The translations under genes were made by a program, and so were the position numbers. The notes under the pieces were generated by a model, which saw only the letters and a program-made list of their open reading frames with translations, was not told the origin of the DNA and searched no databases. Below, in pieces: positions 22,838 to 33,894 of a stretch of DNA of 64,000 nt. Origin of the DNA: an uncultured Actinomycetes bacterium (GTDB taxonomy: Bacteria > Actinomycetota > Thermoleophilia > RBG-16-64-13). Numbering within the stretch: the first letter of the stretch is position 1; every line of letters starts with the position of its first letter. The stretch lies in NCBI GenBank assembly GCA_963706025.1, contig CAVPLM010000003.1, positions 160,001 through 224,000 of the forward strand, in the 5' to 3' direction.

Positions 22838-23847
22838 ATGTTTAAAGGCATCTTCGACAAATCGGGAGCGGCAAAGCAAGGCAAGGGCCAAGGGTCTGCG
22901 CCTGCCGTGGCTTCGGTTGAAACACAGCCGGCCTGTCACCGCCCCTCGACTGCCCCGTTCCCGTGGATGAGGCCATGCTGGCCATCAGCCGTGAGTTGTC
23001 CGGTCTTGCGCAGGTACCTGTGGCTCAAGCCGCCAGGGAACGCGGCTGGGCTTCCCTGCAGCGCGAACTGGAGCGCCGCCCCGTGGTGGCGACCGGCGCG
23101 GGCAGCGCCCGTCCGGTCCGCCCGGCCCACTCGCGCGGCTGGCGATGGGCTCTTGCTTCCGCAGCGGCAGCGGTCGCCGTGATCGCGGCTCTCCTCGGCA
23201 CCTACGGTGGGGGCCTTCTGCAGACGGCCGACAATGGCGACCAGACCACCACGGTTACCTCCGTGGTGAGCACCGACACCACTGGACCGTCCACCACCGT
23301 CGGCACCGACGGCACCACGGTTACCAGCGAACGTCCTGGAACGACGCAGGCCCCCGGCACCACCGGGGTCCAGCCCGGCACCACCCAGAGCCCCGGCACC
23401 ACCGGGGGCACTCAGCCCAGCACGTCCACCACCGGTGGCTCCACCCCGACAACCGGCGGCGGAGGACCGAGTACCACGCGACCCTCCTCGACCAGCACCA
23501 CCAGCCAGCAGCAATACACGTCAGAGCAGCGCGAAGGCTCGGCCTGGGCTGCCGTCCAGTATCTGGCCGAACTGGTCATCACAGGCAACACCTCAGGCGC
23601 CCGGGCTCTTGTAGCCCCCGAGGCCCAGGCTTCCCTCGCGCAGATGATGATGTCCTTGAGCGAACCCTACGGCTACAAAAGAACCGGCCTGCAGTCGCTC
23701 TCCGACAGCATCGTGCGCGTGACCATACAGATCAACGACAGGGTTATGAACCCGAACGGCGAATTGAAAGAAGCTCTGCCCAAGTTCGTCATCAAGGTAC
23801 GTGTGGACGACAAAGGCGCCGTCATAACGGCCATCAACGCAGGATAG
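22838..23847 (+). CDS. Putative anti-sigma-like bitopic membrane protein with Thr-rich stalk (frameshift ~22950)
   Basis: Helical cytoplasmic N-terminus, one TM (WALASAAAAVAVIAALL), T/S/G/P linker, small C-terminal domain; lies near the ECF sigma. Confidence 0.5.
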
Positions 23848-24129
23848 TGACTAAGGCCATGATGACCATCGAGCTTTCGCGTTCTCCCCTTTACACGCTA
23901 TACTCGACGCTCCGTGCAGCTTGTCTGCACTTTTTTGCTGGTCTGAAACGGCCCCGGGCTCTTGCCGCCCTCGGCCCAAACAGAGTTTGCCACTCCGTGT
24001 TGGTAGGCACGGATGTGAGACCAAAGAAGAAAGGAGGTGACTCGTTCTTCTTCCTACACTACCGCTTCACCAGTAGGAAATGGCAAGAACTATTTTGCTA
24101 TGAGTAAACAAGAAAAGAGGAGTGGTCTC

Positions 24130-27100
24130 ATGCAGAAACGCACCCTAAAGGTAGCGCTTCTGGCCGTCCTCGCCACGATCCTGGTACTGAGCTTCTCCAG
24201 CGTCGCCCTCGCGGACCAGACCTGGAGTGACCTGCCCGATACGGTGACCGCCAAGTACGGCATCACCGACAATCAAGTGGCAGGCATCTCCGATGGTTTC
24301 CCCAACGGCACCTGGAAGCCGTTCCAGTCGGTTACCCGCGGCCAGTTCACCAAGATGGCGGTGCTGGCCTTCGGTATACCCCTGGCGAATCCGGCCACCC
24401 CGTCCTTCACGGACGTGCCTAAAACCCACATTTTCTATCAGTACATCGAAGGGGCCAAAGCCGTGGCCATAGCCAACGGCACCGGCTCTACCACCTTCAG
24501 CCCCGATGCGATGGTGACCCGCCAGCAGGCAGTCGCCATGGTGTCCCGCTGGGTGGCCCAGGTAAACGGCTATGATCTCGCCACCATGTACACGGCTGAT
24601 CAGATCACCGCTCTACTGGCCCACTTCGGCGATGCGGCTTCGATCAGCTCCGCTCTCAAGGCGGAAGTGGCCTTCGCCTATGACATGGGCATCACCACCG
24701 GCGACGCCTTCGGCAACTTCGCCCCGCTCGCCAACATGATGCGTATCCAGGGCGCGGCCTTCCTCATCCGGGCCCAGGGCCTGGTGCCGCCGGCGAATTG
24801 GACCGCCGATAAGATCGAGTTGGTCTCCCCCGACAAGAGCGAGAACCTGATCGGCAAGACCCATCAGGTCACCTTCAAAGTCACCACCGCCGACGGCCAT
24901 CCGGCCAAGAACGTGCTGGTGGACTTCGACACCATGTGGGCCACCCCGTACTACGTGGGTAACATTTCCCCGCAGGCGGCCATGACCAACAGCATGGGTG
25001 AAGTGACAGTCAACCTGCTCTCCGCCGAGCCCGGCACCCAGCGCGTGAGCGCCGCCGTGGCCGGTCTGTCGGCCATCTACACCACCAAGTACTGGGTGGC
25101 TCTGGATGAGGTCTACCTGACCGATCCCGAAGGCGAGATGGATCCGGCCGACCTGAACGAGCGGGAGAACAACGCCGGCGAAGAGGACACCTTCTGCTAC
25201 CGCGTGGTGGTCTTCGGCCCCGGCCCGCTCTCGACCAGCCAGTACGACTGGTACAACGTCTACGATCCGGAAGCCGATCTGACCGATCTGGACACAATGG
25301 TCCGGTTGGGACGTCTTCGATGACTTCGACGACTTCAACTATGAGACCGAGCTCTCGCATCATGGCCGACGGCTACCTGCCGCGCACCATGGCCGGCATC
25401 GATCTGGAATGGCTGCTCGACTGGAACCTGGATGACGACTCCGTAGGTACCGTGGTCTCCAAAGACACCAAGACCGACGCCGACGGCCTGGGCTGCATCA
25501 CGCTCAAGTCCACCAAGACCGGTTGGGTCGAAGTCTCTGTCGTTGCCACCTATCCGGAGAACCCCTATCCGAAGCAGCTGTTCCTGCATGACACCTTCAT
25601 GCCGGATACGGGTCACGATTACGACTGGGAAGATCAGCCGGCCGAGTCTGATGACTACGGCTACAAGACCTGGATCCCCCACGTCATCGGTGGCGACGAT
25701 GAAGGTCCCATCACTCCCGCCTACGCCGTCAACAACACCGGCGAGGTGGAGCAGTTCGACCTGGAGCTCAAAGACGTCTATGGCAACCCCATCCCCGGTT
25801 ACACGGTGGAGTGGTGGATCCAGGGCACGGGCTTCTTCAAGACCGACGACAGCTCCTGGAGTGGCATCGGTGAGCAGAACAAAGACATCGATGTGACCGA
25901 CGCCGACGGCATGGCCAGCGTGTGGCTCAAGTCCCTCACCCCGGGCCAGACCATCGTCCACTGCAAAGTCATGGACAAATACGGTCTCCCCTACAAAGAG
26001 TGGAACGTAGTCAAGCAGTGGTACTCGATCGATCAGGTCATCTTCGCCCAGGTCGTGGACGGCGCTGTTGTCCATGACACTTATGAAGAGAACGTGGTCG
26101 GTACCGGCCACACCTGGGTCGCATTCGTGGGTGGCGCCAAGTATGTCTACACCCTGTATGACATCAACAACAACGGCCTCCGTGACGACCAGGCTCACTT
26201 GACCAGCAAGGCCGAATTGGCCGCCTACGAGGCGGACGGCGGCACCCTCTTGGTGGCCAAGATGGTCAACAACGTTCTCACCTGGGTCGACAACGATGGG
26301 GATCCCATCATGCCCGGCATGGTGTACTCGCCCCAGATCAAGGACAGCAAGGTGCGCGTCTACTACACGTCCTACGTCGAGCTCAAGCTGAGCGGTGCTG
26401 AGTTCATGCACGACGTCGACAAAGACGACGTAGCTGAGGTCTGGTCCGGCCTGGCCGGCAAGACCGTCTACTTCTTCAACAACATCGGCGCCCTCGGTGG
26501 GGCCCCTGTATCCAACACAGCGCTGCCCACCAAGACGGTGCTCGATCAACGACTATCCCACGGTCGCAGGTGGATGGCCGATATGGGTCGGCTCCATCAC
26601 CTCCCCCACCATGAAGGTGACGGATGCGATGGGCGTGGCCACTGTGGACATCAACTCCACGACCAAGGGCTGGCAGTTCGTCTACGCGGTAGCCGATTAC
26701 ACCGACAACCCGCAGGACGGCGATCCACTGAAGCCGCTCGACTGGGCTGAGCTCCGTTGGGCTTCGGCTGACAAGCTGTGGACTCCTGCCGGCGCGGCCG
26801 ACGAAGACCCGATCGTAATCTTCGCCCAAGGCAACGTAGCCGGCGACCGTTGGGTCAACCCGGTTCTTCCTGCTCTGCGTGAAGGTCTTGACGCCACCGG
26901 ACTGGTCCAGATCGGTCCGCCGAACGGTGTGCAGGCGACCGCGACGGCGACGGTTTCTGCTGGTGTGGTGAGCTTCGAAGGTCTGCCCAGCGGCGATGGC
27001 TACAGCACCGACGACCTTGGCGCCCGCAGTCACCGCTACCGTAGCCCAAGGCTCGGGCGCGGCTGCGACTGCCACCGTTGGAGGCGCGGGCGACCGACAA

Positions 27101-28516
27101 CCGGTGATCCAGATCAGCGTGACCGCTGGTGGATCCGGCTACGTCGTGGCTCCCACGGTCGTCATCCATTGGTCGCCGCAGATATCCCCGGTGGCACGCA
27201 GGCGACCGCGACCGCGAACATCGGCAGTGTCCGCTCCGTCGTGAGCGTCACCATCACGAATCACGGCTCCGGCTACACCGCTCCTCCCGCCGTGACCTTC
27301 ACCGCTGCCGCGGCGCTGGTGACGACCGGGACGATCTCGCGATGTCACCGAATGGCCCAGGTGACCGCGATCACCCCCGCCGCCGGCGTCTTCGGCTGAC
27401 GGCACCTACCCGGTTACCGTTCCGGCTCCGATCATGAGCAGGCGACCGCGAGCGCGACCATCTCCGGTGGAGTCATCGCCGGTCTCACCCTCGACAACCC
27501 CGGTGCTGGCTATGCCACGGCTCCCGTGGTCACCTTCGCTGGTCCCGGCGTCCGGTGCGGCTGCGCACACAGCGCTGAATGTGCCGCCGGACGGTCGCGG
27601 TGTACGACATCGATTCTTGACTGCCGGAGGCTCCGGCTACGAATTGAGCGGTGGCCCCATCGTCGACAATCCGAACTACGAGATCATCGCCGTTCAGGTG
27701 TTCGATGAGTACGGGAACGCCCTCGAAGGTTACAAGGTGACCTGGGAAGTCGTGGGTCAAGGTACCACTACCCCTGGCACCATCGATACCTACCATCCGT
27801 TTGCTCACTTCGAGGATCCGGACTATGACGAGCCCGTTGAAGGTGGAGACGACGCCGGCGTAGGCGACCTCAACCCGTACGTCAACAGCAATGCGTGGTG
27901 GGGTGACTTCGCCGATGGCGTTCACCCGCAGTACGCGCATGACGCCAATGACGACGACTATGCGTGGGGCTGGACTCTGAACCAGCTGATCGACTTCGAA
28001 CTCGACCTGATCAGCGCCGCTCACGTGACCCTCGTCATGGACGAGACTCGTGACGAGCTGGTGGCCATGGTCAGAAACAACGAGGCCGATCACTTCACCA
28101 ACATCGTCAACATCAAGGTCTACACTCCGGACGGCGCCTTCATGGACCAGTTCGAAGTGACCAAGGTGTGGGACCTGGATGCGCCGACGCTGACCACCAC
28201 TACGCTGTTGGTCGGCGAGACCAAGTCCGGTCCGTGGTCGCCGGCTCTGACCAGCGCCGTTACCGAGCTTTATGGGCTGGTGGGGGCTCTGGATCAGTAC
28301 GGTGACCCGATCGCCTCTTCTCTGCTCAAGCTCAGGATCACTGGTCCGTTCAACGACACCTACCAGGGAATCTCGGTTGGCATTGGCCCCAATATGCTTC
28401 CCGTCTTCACCGCGGCTGGGCTGCATACGCTGTGGGTCTATGAAGACCTCAACAGCAATGGCAACCTCGACGTGGGCGAAGTGGTTAGCACTCCGGCCAC
28501 GATCACCGTTCCGTAG
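24130..28516 (+). CDS. Large S-layer-type protein: signal peptide, N-terminal SLH repeats, Ig-like (Big_1-like) domains; multiple frameshifts
   Basis: SLH motifs TRGQFTKM, TRQQAV; repeated TDADG/TNSMG Ig motifs; frames 24037, 25320, 26497, 26996, 27526 and 27434 join into one product; RBS GAGGAG; own terminator. Confidence 0.75.
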
Positions 28517-28555
28517 GAGCGACACAACATAAGGGTCGGCATCGACCGACTCTGA

Positions 28556-28590
28556 GAGGGGGCCCGCCGCAAGGCGGGCCCTCCTTTTTT
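28556..28590 (+). terminator. Rho-independent terminator after the S-layer gene
   Basis: GGGCCCGC-cgcaag-GCGGGCCC stem followed by TTTTTT. Confidence 0.85.
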
Positions 28591-28796
28591 GCCTCTTCAC
28601 CCTTGCCCGTTGTCGTGCTCTCCCTCTGTTGCCGGGCCTCTCTTGCGGTAGTCCACGAGCGGGGGCTTCGCGCAGGAGAGCCTCATTCTTGGGCTGTCTC
28701 GCGGTCTCCGTGCTAGACTGACCACGTTCGGCGCCGGACTTCGGTACGCGTTCGCGTTCGCCACCGGCCAAGGACTGAGGGAAAGGGAGGAGAGAG

Positions 28797-30830
28797 ATGA
28801 GACTCGGCTCCAAGAGTGTCGTGGCCATTGTCATCCTGGCCGCAATCCTGATCATGACTATGGCAGGCGGAGCTCTGGCTGCTCCACCGTGGCCCGACGC
28901 ACCCAACTCCTGGTGGGTCAGCAACTACGGGGTCACCGAGACCCAGGTGGGTACTGTCGCCGATGGCTACGCCGACGGGCTTTTCCGGCCCGCCAACTCC
29001 GTGACCCGGGGCCAGGCCACCAAGATGGTGGTGAACGGTCTGGGTGTCGATACGCTCGATCCGGCCGCGGCGACGTTCCGGGATGTGCCCAAAGGGCACA
29101 CCTTCTTCGTTTATGTCGAGGGTGCTTACGACGCGGATCTCGTCACCGGCTATCCCGTGACCGGCGGCCTCGAGTTCCGGCCGAACAACAACATGACCCG
29201 GCAGCAGGCCAACACCGTGCTGGGACGCTACCTGTCTGATACCGAGATTCTGGTCACCGGCGTGATCCACGGGACCGGCGGCCTCACCTACGCCTCGCTG
29301 GAGCTCTGGTATGCGGCTCAGGGGAGTTTCTATCTGAACGGCTTCCTGGATGCCGCTCAGGTAGCCCTGGTGCACCGGCCGGCCACCGCCTACCTGGTCT
29401 ACCACGGGGTAGTACAGGGATCGAACGGCAGGCTGAACCCCCTTGCGACGCTCAATCGGGCTCAGACGGCTGCCATGGTGCTGCGCACGGCAGAGGAAGC
29501 GGACGAGATCAGCACCCCGCCACCGGCTCCCACCGGGCTGGCAGTCATCCCGGCCAGCCCTGGTAGGGATACCACCCCGCAGGTGACGGGCACGGCTCTT
29601 CCCAGCAGGCCGGTTGCAGTCTACGACACCTTCGGCGGGGCCACGACGAAACTCACCGAGACCACCACCAACGCGGCCGGCATCTTCTACGCCGACCTGA
29701 CGGTGCCTCTGGTCGACGGCACTCACGTGTTCACGGCCAAGGTCAAGAATGCGCTGGGCGTGGTGTCGCCGGCGTCGGCGCCGCGCAACTACGTCCTGGA
29801 CACCGTGGCGCCTACCGGTTCCATCACGGCGCCGGCGGTGCCGTTGGGGCAGCTTGATGCAGCGGTCAACAGCGACAACCCGTTTTCGCGGCGACTGCCG
29901 CGGATGAGCGGAGTGGGGTCGACAGCGTGGCGTTCGAGTATGCCACCGCCGCGGCCCCCACGACCTGGATCCCCGTCTCGACGGACGAGGACGGCGCGCC
30001 CTACGCGGCTGTGTGGGGAGCGACCTCCCTGGCCAACGGACAGTACCTGTTCCGGGCCGTCGTCACCGACGCCGCCGGCAACACCGCCACCCTGGCGAGC
30101 GTCAAGGTCACCGTAGACACCACGGCTCCCACCGTGCAGATAGCGCCTGGATCGTCTGGAACCTCGGGTCGATGACGTCTTCTACACGAAGGAACGCAAG
30201 CCCCTGTTCGGCGCGACCGCCGAGGACCTCACCGGCGGAGCCGCGGGGACTCTGCCGAGCGGGGTGGCGATGGTGGAGTTCTTGTACGCGCCTATCACTC
30301 CGGCGCCGGATGCCTGGGGCGACTTCTCCCTGATCTCCTCCGATCCGGGCAGCTCCGGCTTTGCCACCTATGATGCCGCCGGTATTCCTCCCGCGGGTAT
30401 GCCGGACGGCCACTATCTGTTCGCGGTCCGTGCTACCGATCGGGCCGGCAACGAGAGCCTGCTCCTGACCGGCAATCCCGCGACCTACGTTGCGGGAGTG
30501 ACCCAAGAGGTCGTGATCGACAACGCGGCCCCGACCGGGAGCATCACGGCCCCCGCTGCCGGGACCGTGACGACCACCACGCCGGCTTTCACTGCCAACG
30601 CGAGCGACGCGCTCTCCGGAGTGAAGCAGGTGGTCTTCCAGTATTCGGAGGATGACGGTTCGCCCAATTGGATCACGTTGTCGACAGACACCGCCGCTCC
30701 CTATCAAGCCCTTTGGGATGGCGGCCTCACCGACGGAACGGATTACCTGCTGCGGGCGGTGATCACCGATAGGTTGGGCAACGAGTTCGTCACGCCGACG
30801 GTGGCCGTTACGGTCACCCTCCCCTTGTAG
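28797..30830 (+). CDS. SLH protein with repeated Ig-like (Big_3-like) domains (frameshifts ~29890, ~30150)
   Basis: SLH motifs TRGQ, TRQQ, NRAQ; DTTP..TGT, DGTH, DTVAP, TDAAGN, TDRAGN. Confidence 0.78.
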
Positions 30831-30832
30831 GA

Positions 30833-32156
30833 ATGCGGCCCACTAGGTACGGGGTGGTGGCTGCGACGAGGGCTGTGATGCGGAGGCGGGCTCCCTTCGC
30901 GGCGCCGGATAGGGCCAGAAGGGGCCCGGCTGGGCTACTGCGCACGATCTTGGTCACCGCTGCGCTGGTGGTCATGCTGACGATCCTGGTCTTTCCCGCG
31001 GGGGCCGAGGCCGTCAGCTACAGCGCTCAGGAACTGCAGCTCGTGCAACTGCTGAACGACTACCGCGACGAGCCTGGGCCTAGAGCCCCTCATGGTATCC
31101 GACCTCGTCTCCGACGCCGCCGAGAAACACAGCTCCGACATGGGCAAGTACGAGTTCTTCGCCCACAACACCGTGGCTTCGGATTGGTTCCCCGTCGGCG
31201 CCGACGCCCGAGTCCGCATGGCGATGTGCGGCTATGCGTATCCCATCGCGTGGGGTGAGGACATCGCTGCCGGCTTCTCCAGCGCTTCGGCGTGATCCAG
31301 GCCTGGAAGGACTCCCCCGAGCCACAACCGGCTGATGACCATCCTCGTACTACCGAGTGGCGGGGGTCGGGCTCGTCTACACTCAGGGCTCTCCCTACGG
31401 CTACTACTGGACCGTCGATTTCGGGGCATACGTCGACTCGACCGCTCACTGGCCGGGGACCCCGCCATCTTCGACGACGACCACCACCGCTCCGCCGGTG
31501 AGACCACCACCACGACCTCACTCCCTGTTACCACGACGACCACGACGGCTTCGACGACCACCACCGCGCCCAGTACGACCAGTACCACTCTCGCGGGGGT
31601 GAGCTTCCCCGACGTCCCTCCGGCGCACAGGTTCTACGAGGAGATAGTGGGGCTCGCTTCGGCCGGAGTGGTGTCGGGGTACGATGACGGGCTCTTCTAT
31701 CCCAACGACCTTGTGACTCGGGCCCAGTTCGCCAAGATAATCGTACTGGCCTTGGGCAGGCACACGGCCGAGATCGACAACGTCGCGGACCCCACCTTCA
31801 CCGACGTCCGCTACGCGGGCAGCGACTACCCGTTCGACTACGTGGAAGAAGCGGCGGGACTGGACATCATCCAGGGCTATAGTGATGGCAGGTTCGGCCC
31901 CCAAGCTAACGTGATCCGGGCTCAACTCGCCCTGATGCTCGTGCGTGCGGGCGGAAGCAGCCTTGAACAGCCGCCGGCCGACTATTCAGGTCCGTTCGCC
32001 GACGTGCCTACCTACGCCCGGGAGGCGGTGCGCATCGCCTTCTATAACGGCCTCCTGAGCGGCAAGACGACCGCCGTCTTCGACCCCTACGGAAACGCCA
32101 CCAGGGGACACGTGGCGAAGATGGTATACGAACTCCGGCAGGTGCTCGGGCTTTGA
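30833..32156 (+). CDS. CAP/SCP domain + Thr-rich linker + SLH protein (paralogue 1; several frameshifts)
   Basis: VSYSAQELQLVQLLNDYR, HSSDMGKY..FAH, GEDIAAG, WKDSP, YWTVDFG; SLH motifs TRAQFAKII, TRGHVAKM. Confidence 0.78.
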
Positions 32157-32374
32157 GTCGTCTGCGCGGCTGCACAGGAGCTGCAACGATCGTCGCGCCC
32201 AACCAAGGTGAAGCACGCCGAGAGTTGCCGACGTGCCCTCTCCGCTTCGCCCAGACAGCGGATGTTTCTACTCAGACGCTAAAGTCCGGGCCGCCCTATG
32301 CCGACATATCTCGTACCACATTTGTCGGCAACAGCCGTGGCTTCTTTCGGCCACGATCGACAGGAGGAGCGGCG

Positions 32375-33757
32375 GTGGGAATCTCCGTCCTGGTTTCAAG
32401 AGGAAGATCGGTCAGATTCACAGCTTGGCTTTTCATCGGCCTCTTGGCGCTCGCGCTCCTCGCCGGCGCTGTGCTGGCCTCGCCGGCCAAAGCGGCCGTA
32501 AGCTACAGTGCCGAGGAGATCGCCTTCGTCCAGCTGCTGAACGATTATCGAGTGAGCAACGGCCTGCAACCCCTGCTGGTCTCGGACATGATCTCGGAGG
32601 CCGGTGACCGGCACGATTCCGACATGGGCAAGTACCGGTTCTTCGATCACTACACCAAGGGGTCCGACTGGTTCGCCATCGGGGCTTCGCCCTGGGACCG
32701 CATGGCGGCCAGCGGCTACAACTACAACACCTACAAGGGCGAGAACATAGCTGCCGGCTACGCTACCGCCGCGGCCGTGTTCCAGGGCTGGAAGAACTCG
32801 CCCGGCCATAATGCCAATATGCTGGGAGCGAACTACAAGGTACTGGGCGTGTCACTGGTGTACGTGAGCGGTTCGCCCTACGGCTCCTACTGGACCACCG
32901 ATTTCGGCGGCTATGTCGATCCCACGGCCCACAGCGTTGGCTCTCCACCGTCGTCGACCACGACCACGGTCGCCCCCACCACGACTACCACGGTAGCGCC
33001 GACCACCACCACTACGGCGGCGCCGACTACCACGACCACTAAGGCTCCCACCACAACGACGCAAGCGCCGACGACCACCACCACCAAGCGGTCGACCACG
33101 ACCACGACCAAAGTCCCCCCGACGACGACCACAACCGTCAATGTCCCGCCCCCGACTACGACCACGACCACCACGCCCCAGTCCACCACCACGACGACGG
33201 TCGCCACGCCCGTCTTCTCCGACGTCTACCCCAACACGCTCTACGCTGCTGAGATCAAGTTGTTGGCCAAGCGCGGGATCATAAGCGGCTACGGAGACGG
33301 GACCTTCAGGCCGAGCAAGCTGGTCACTCGCCAGCAGTTCGCGAAGATGATCGTCCTCACCCTCGGCTACGACGTCAGCCCGTTGTCGGCCTGCGGCTTC
33401 AAGGACGTGGATGATCGACTGGACCCCAACGACCCGCTGTATCCGGCCGGTTATGTGGCCGCGTGCGCGGCTGCCGGCATCACCGTGGGCAAGACGCCCG
33501 ATACCTTCGGGCCTTGGGACAACATCACCCGGGCCCAACTCATCACCATGGTGGCTAGGGCCGCCCGCCTGCCTGATCCGCCTGCCGGCTACGCGCCGCC
33601 CTTTGGAGAATTCTCCCCCGTCCACTATCCGTGGGCGATCAAGGCAGCTGCGGCGGGCGTACTGGATGGGCTTGCGGGCATGGGTCCCGGCTTCGACTTC
33701 TGGGTACCCGCCACCCGAGCCGAGGTATGCTTGCTGCTCGCCGGCCTGCTGGAATAG
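32375..33757 (+). CDS. CAP/SCP domain + Thr-rich linker + SLH protein (paralogue 2)
   Basis: GTG start after AGGAGG; LLNDYR, GENIAAG, WKNSPGHNANML, YWTTDFG; SLH motifs TRQQFAKMIV, TRAQL, TRAE. Confidence 0.88.
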   Translation: MGISVLVSRGRSVRFTAWLFIGLLALALLAGAVLASPAKAAVSYSAEEIAFVQLLNDYRVSNGLQPLLVSDMISEAGDRHDSDMGKYRFFDHYTKGSDWFAIGASPWDRMAASGYNYNTYKGENIAAGYATAAAVFQGWKNSPGHNANMLGANYKVLGVSLVYVSGSPYGSYWTTDFGGYVDPTAHSVGSPPSSTTTTVAPTTTTTVAPTTTTTAAPTTTTTKAPTTTTQAPTTTTTKRSTTTTTKVPPTTTTTVNVPPPTTTTTTTPQSTTTTTVATPVFSDVYPNTLYAAEIKLLAKRGIISGYGDGTFRPSKLVTRQQFAKMIVLTLGYDVSPLSACGFKDVDDRLDPNDPLYPAGYVAACAAAGITVGKTPDTFGPWDNITRAQLITMVARAARLPDPPAGYAPPFGEFSPVHYPWAIKAAAAGVLDGLAGMGPGFDFWVPATRAEVCLLLAGLLE

Positions 33758-33781
33758 CCGGCCTGCTGGAATAGCCGGCCT
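33740..33781 (+). repeat. 17-bp tandem duplication spanning the stop codon
   Basis: gccggcctgctggaata twice, then gccggcct. Confidence 0.9.
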
Positions 33782-33894
33782 ACCCCCAGCCGGTTTCCCC
33801 CCCATGTCGGAGCCACGCGACCGCCTGGTCACGAGGCTCCGTGCCCGGTAGAGGGTCCAGGACGATCTGCTCGATTACGACGCGGACACTCCAG

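Noticed and set aside
32950-33210. ACC/ACG-rich periodic DNA as a CRISPR array or microsatellite
   Set aside because: It encodes in-frame poly-Thr linkers, with no repeat-spacer structure and no cas genes.
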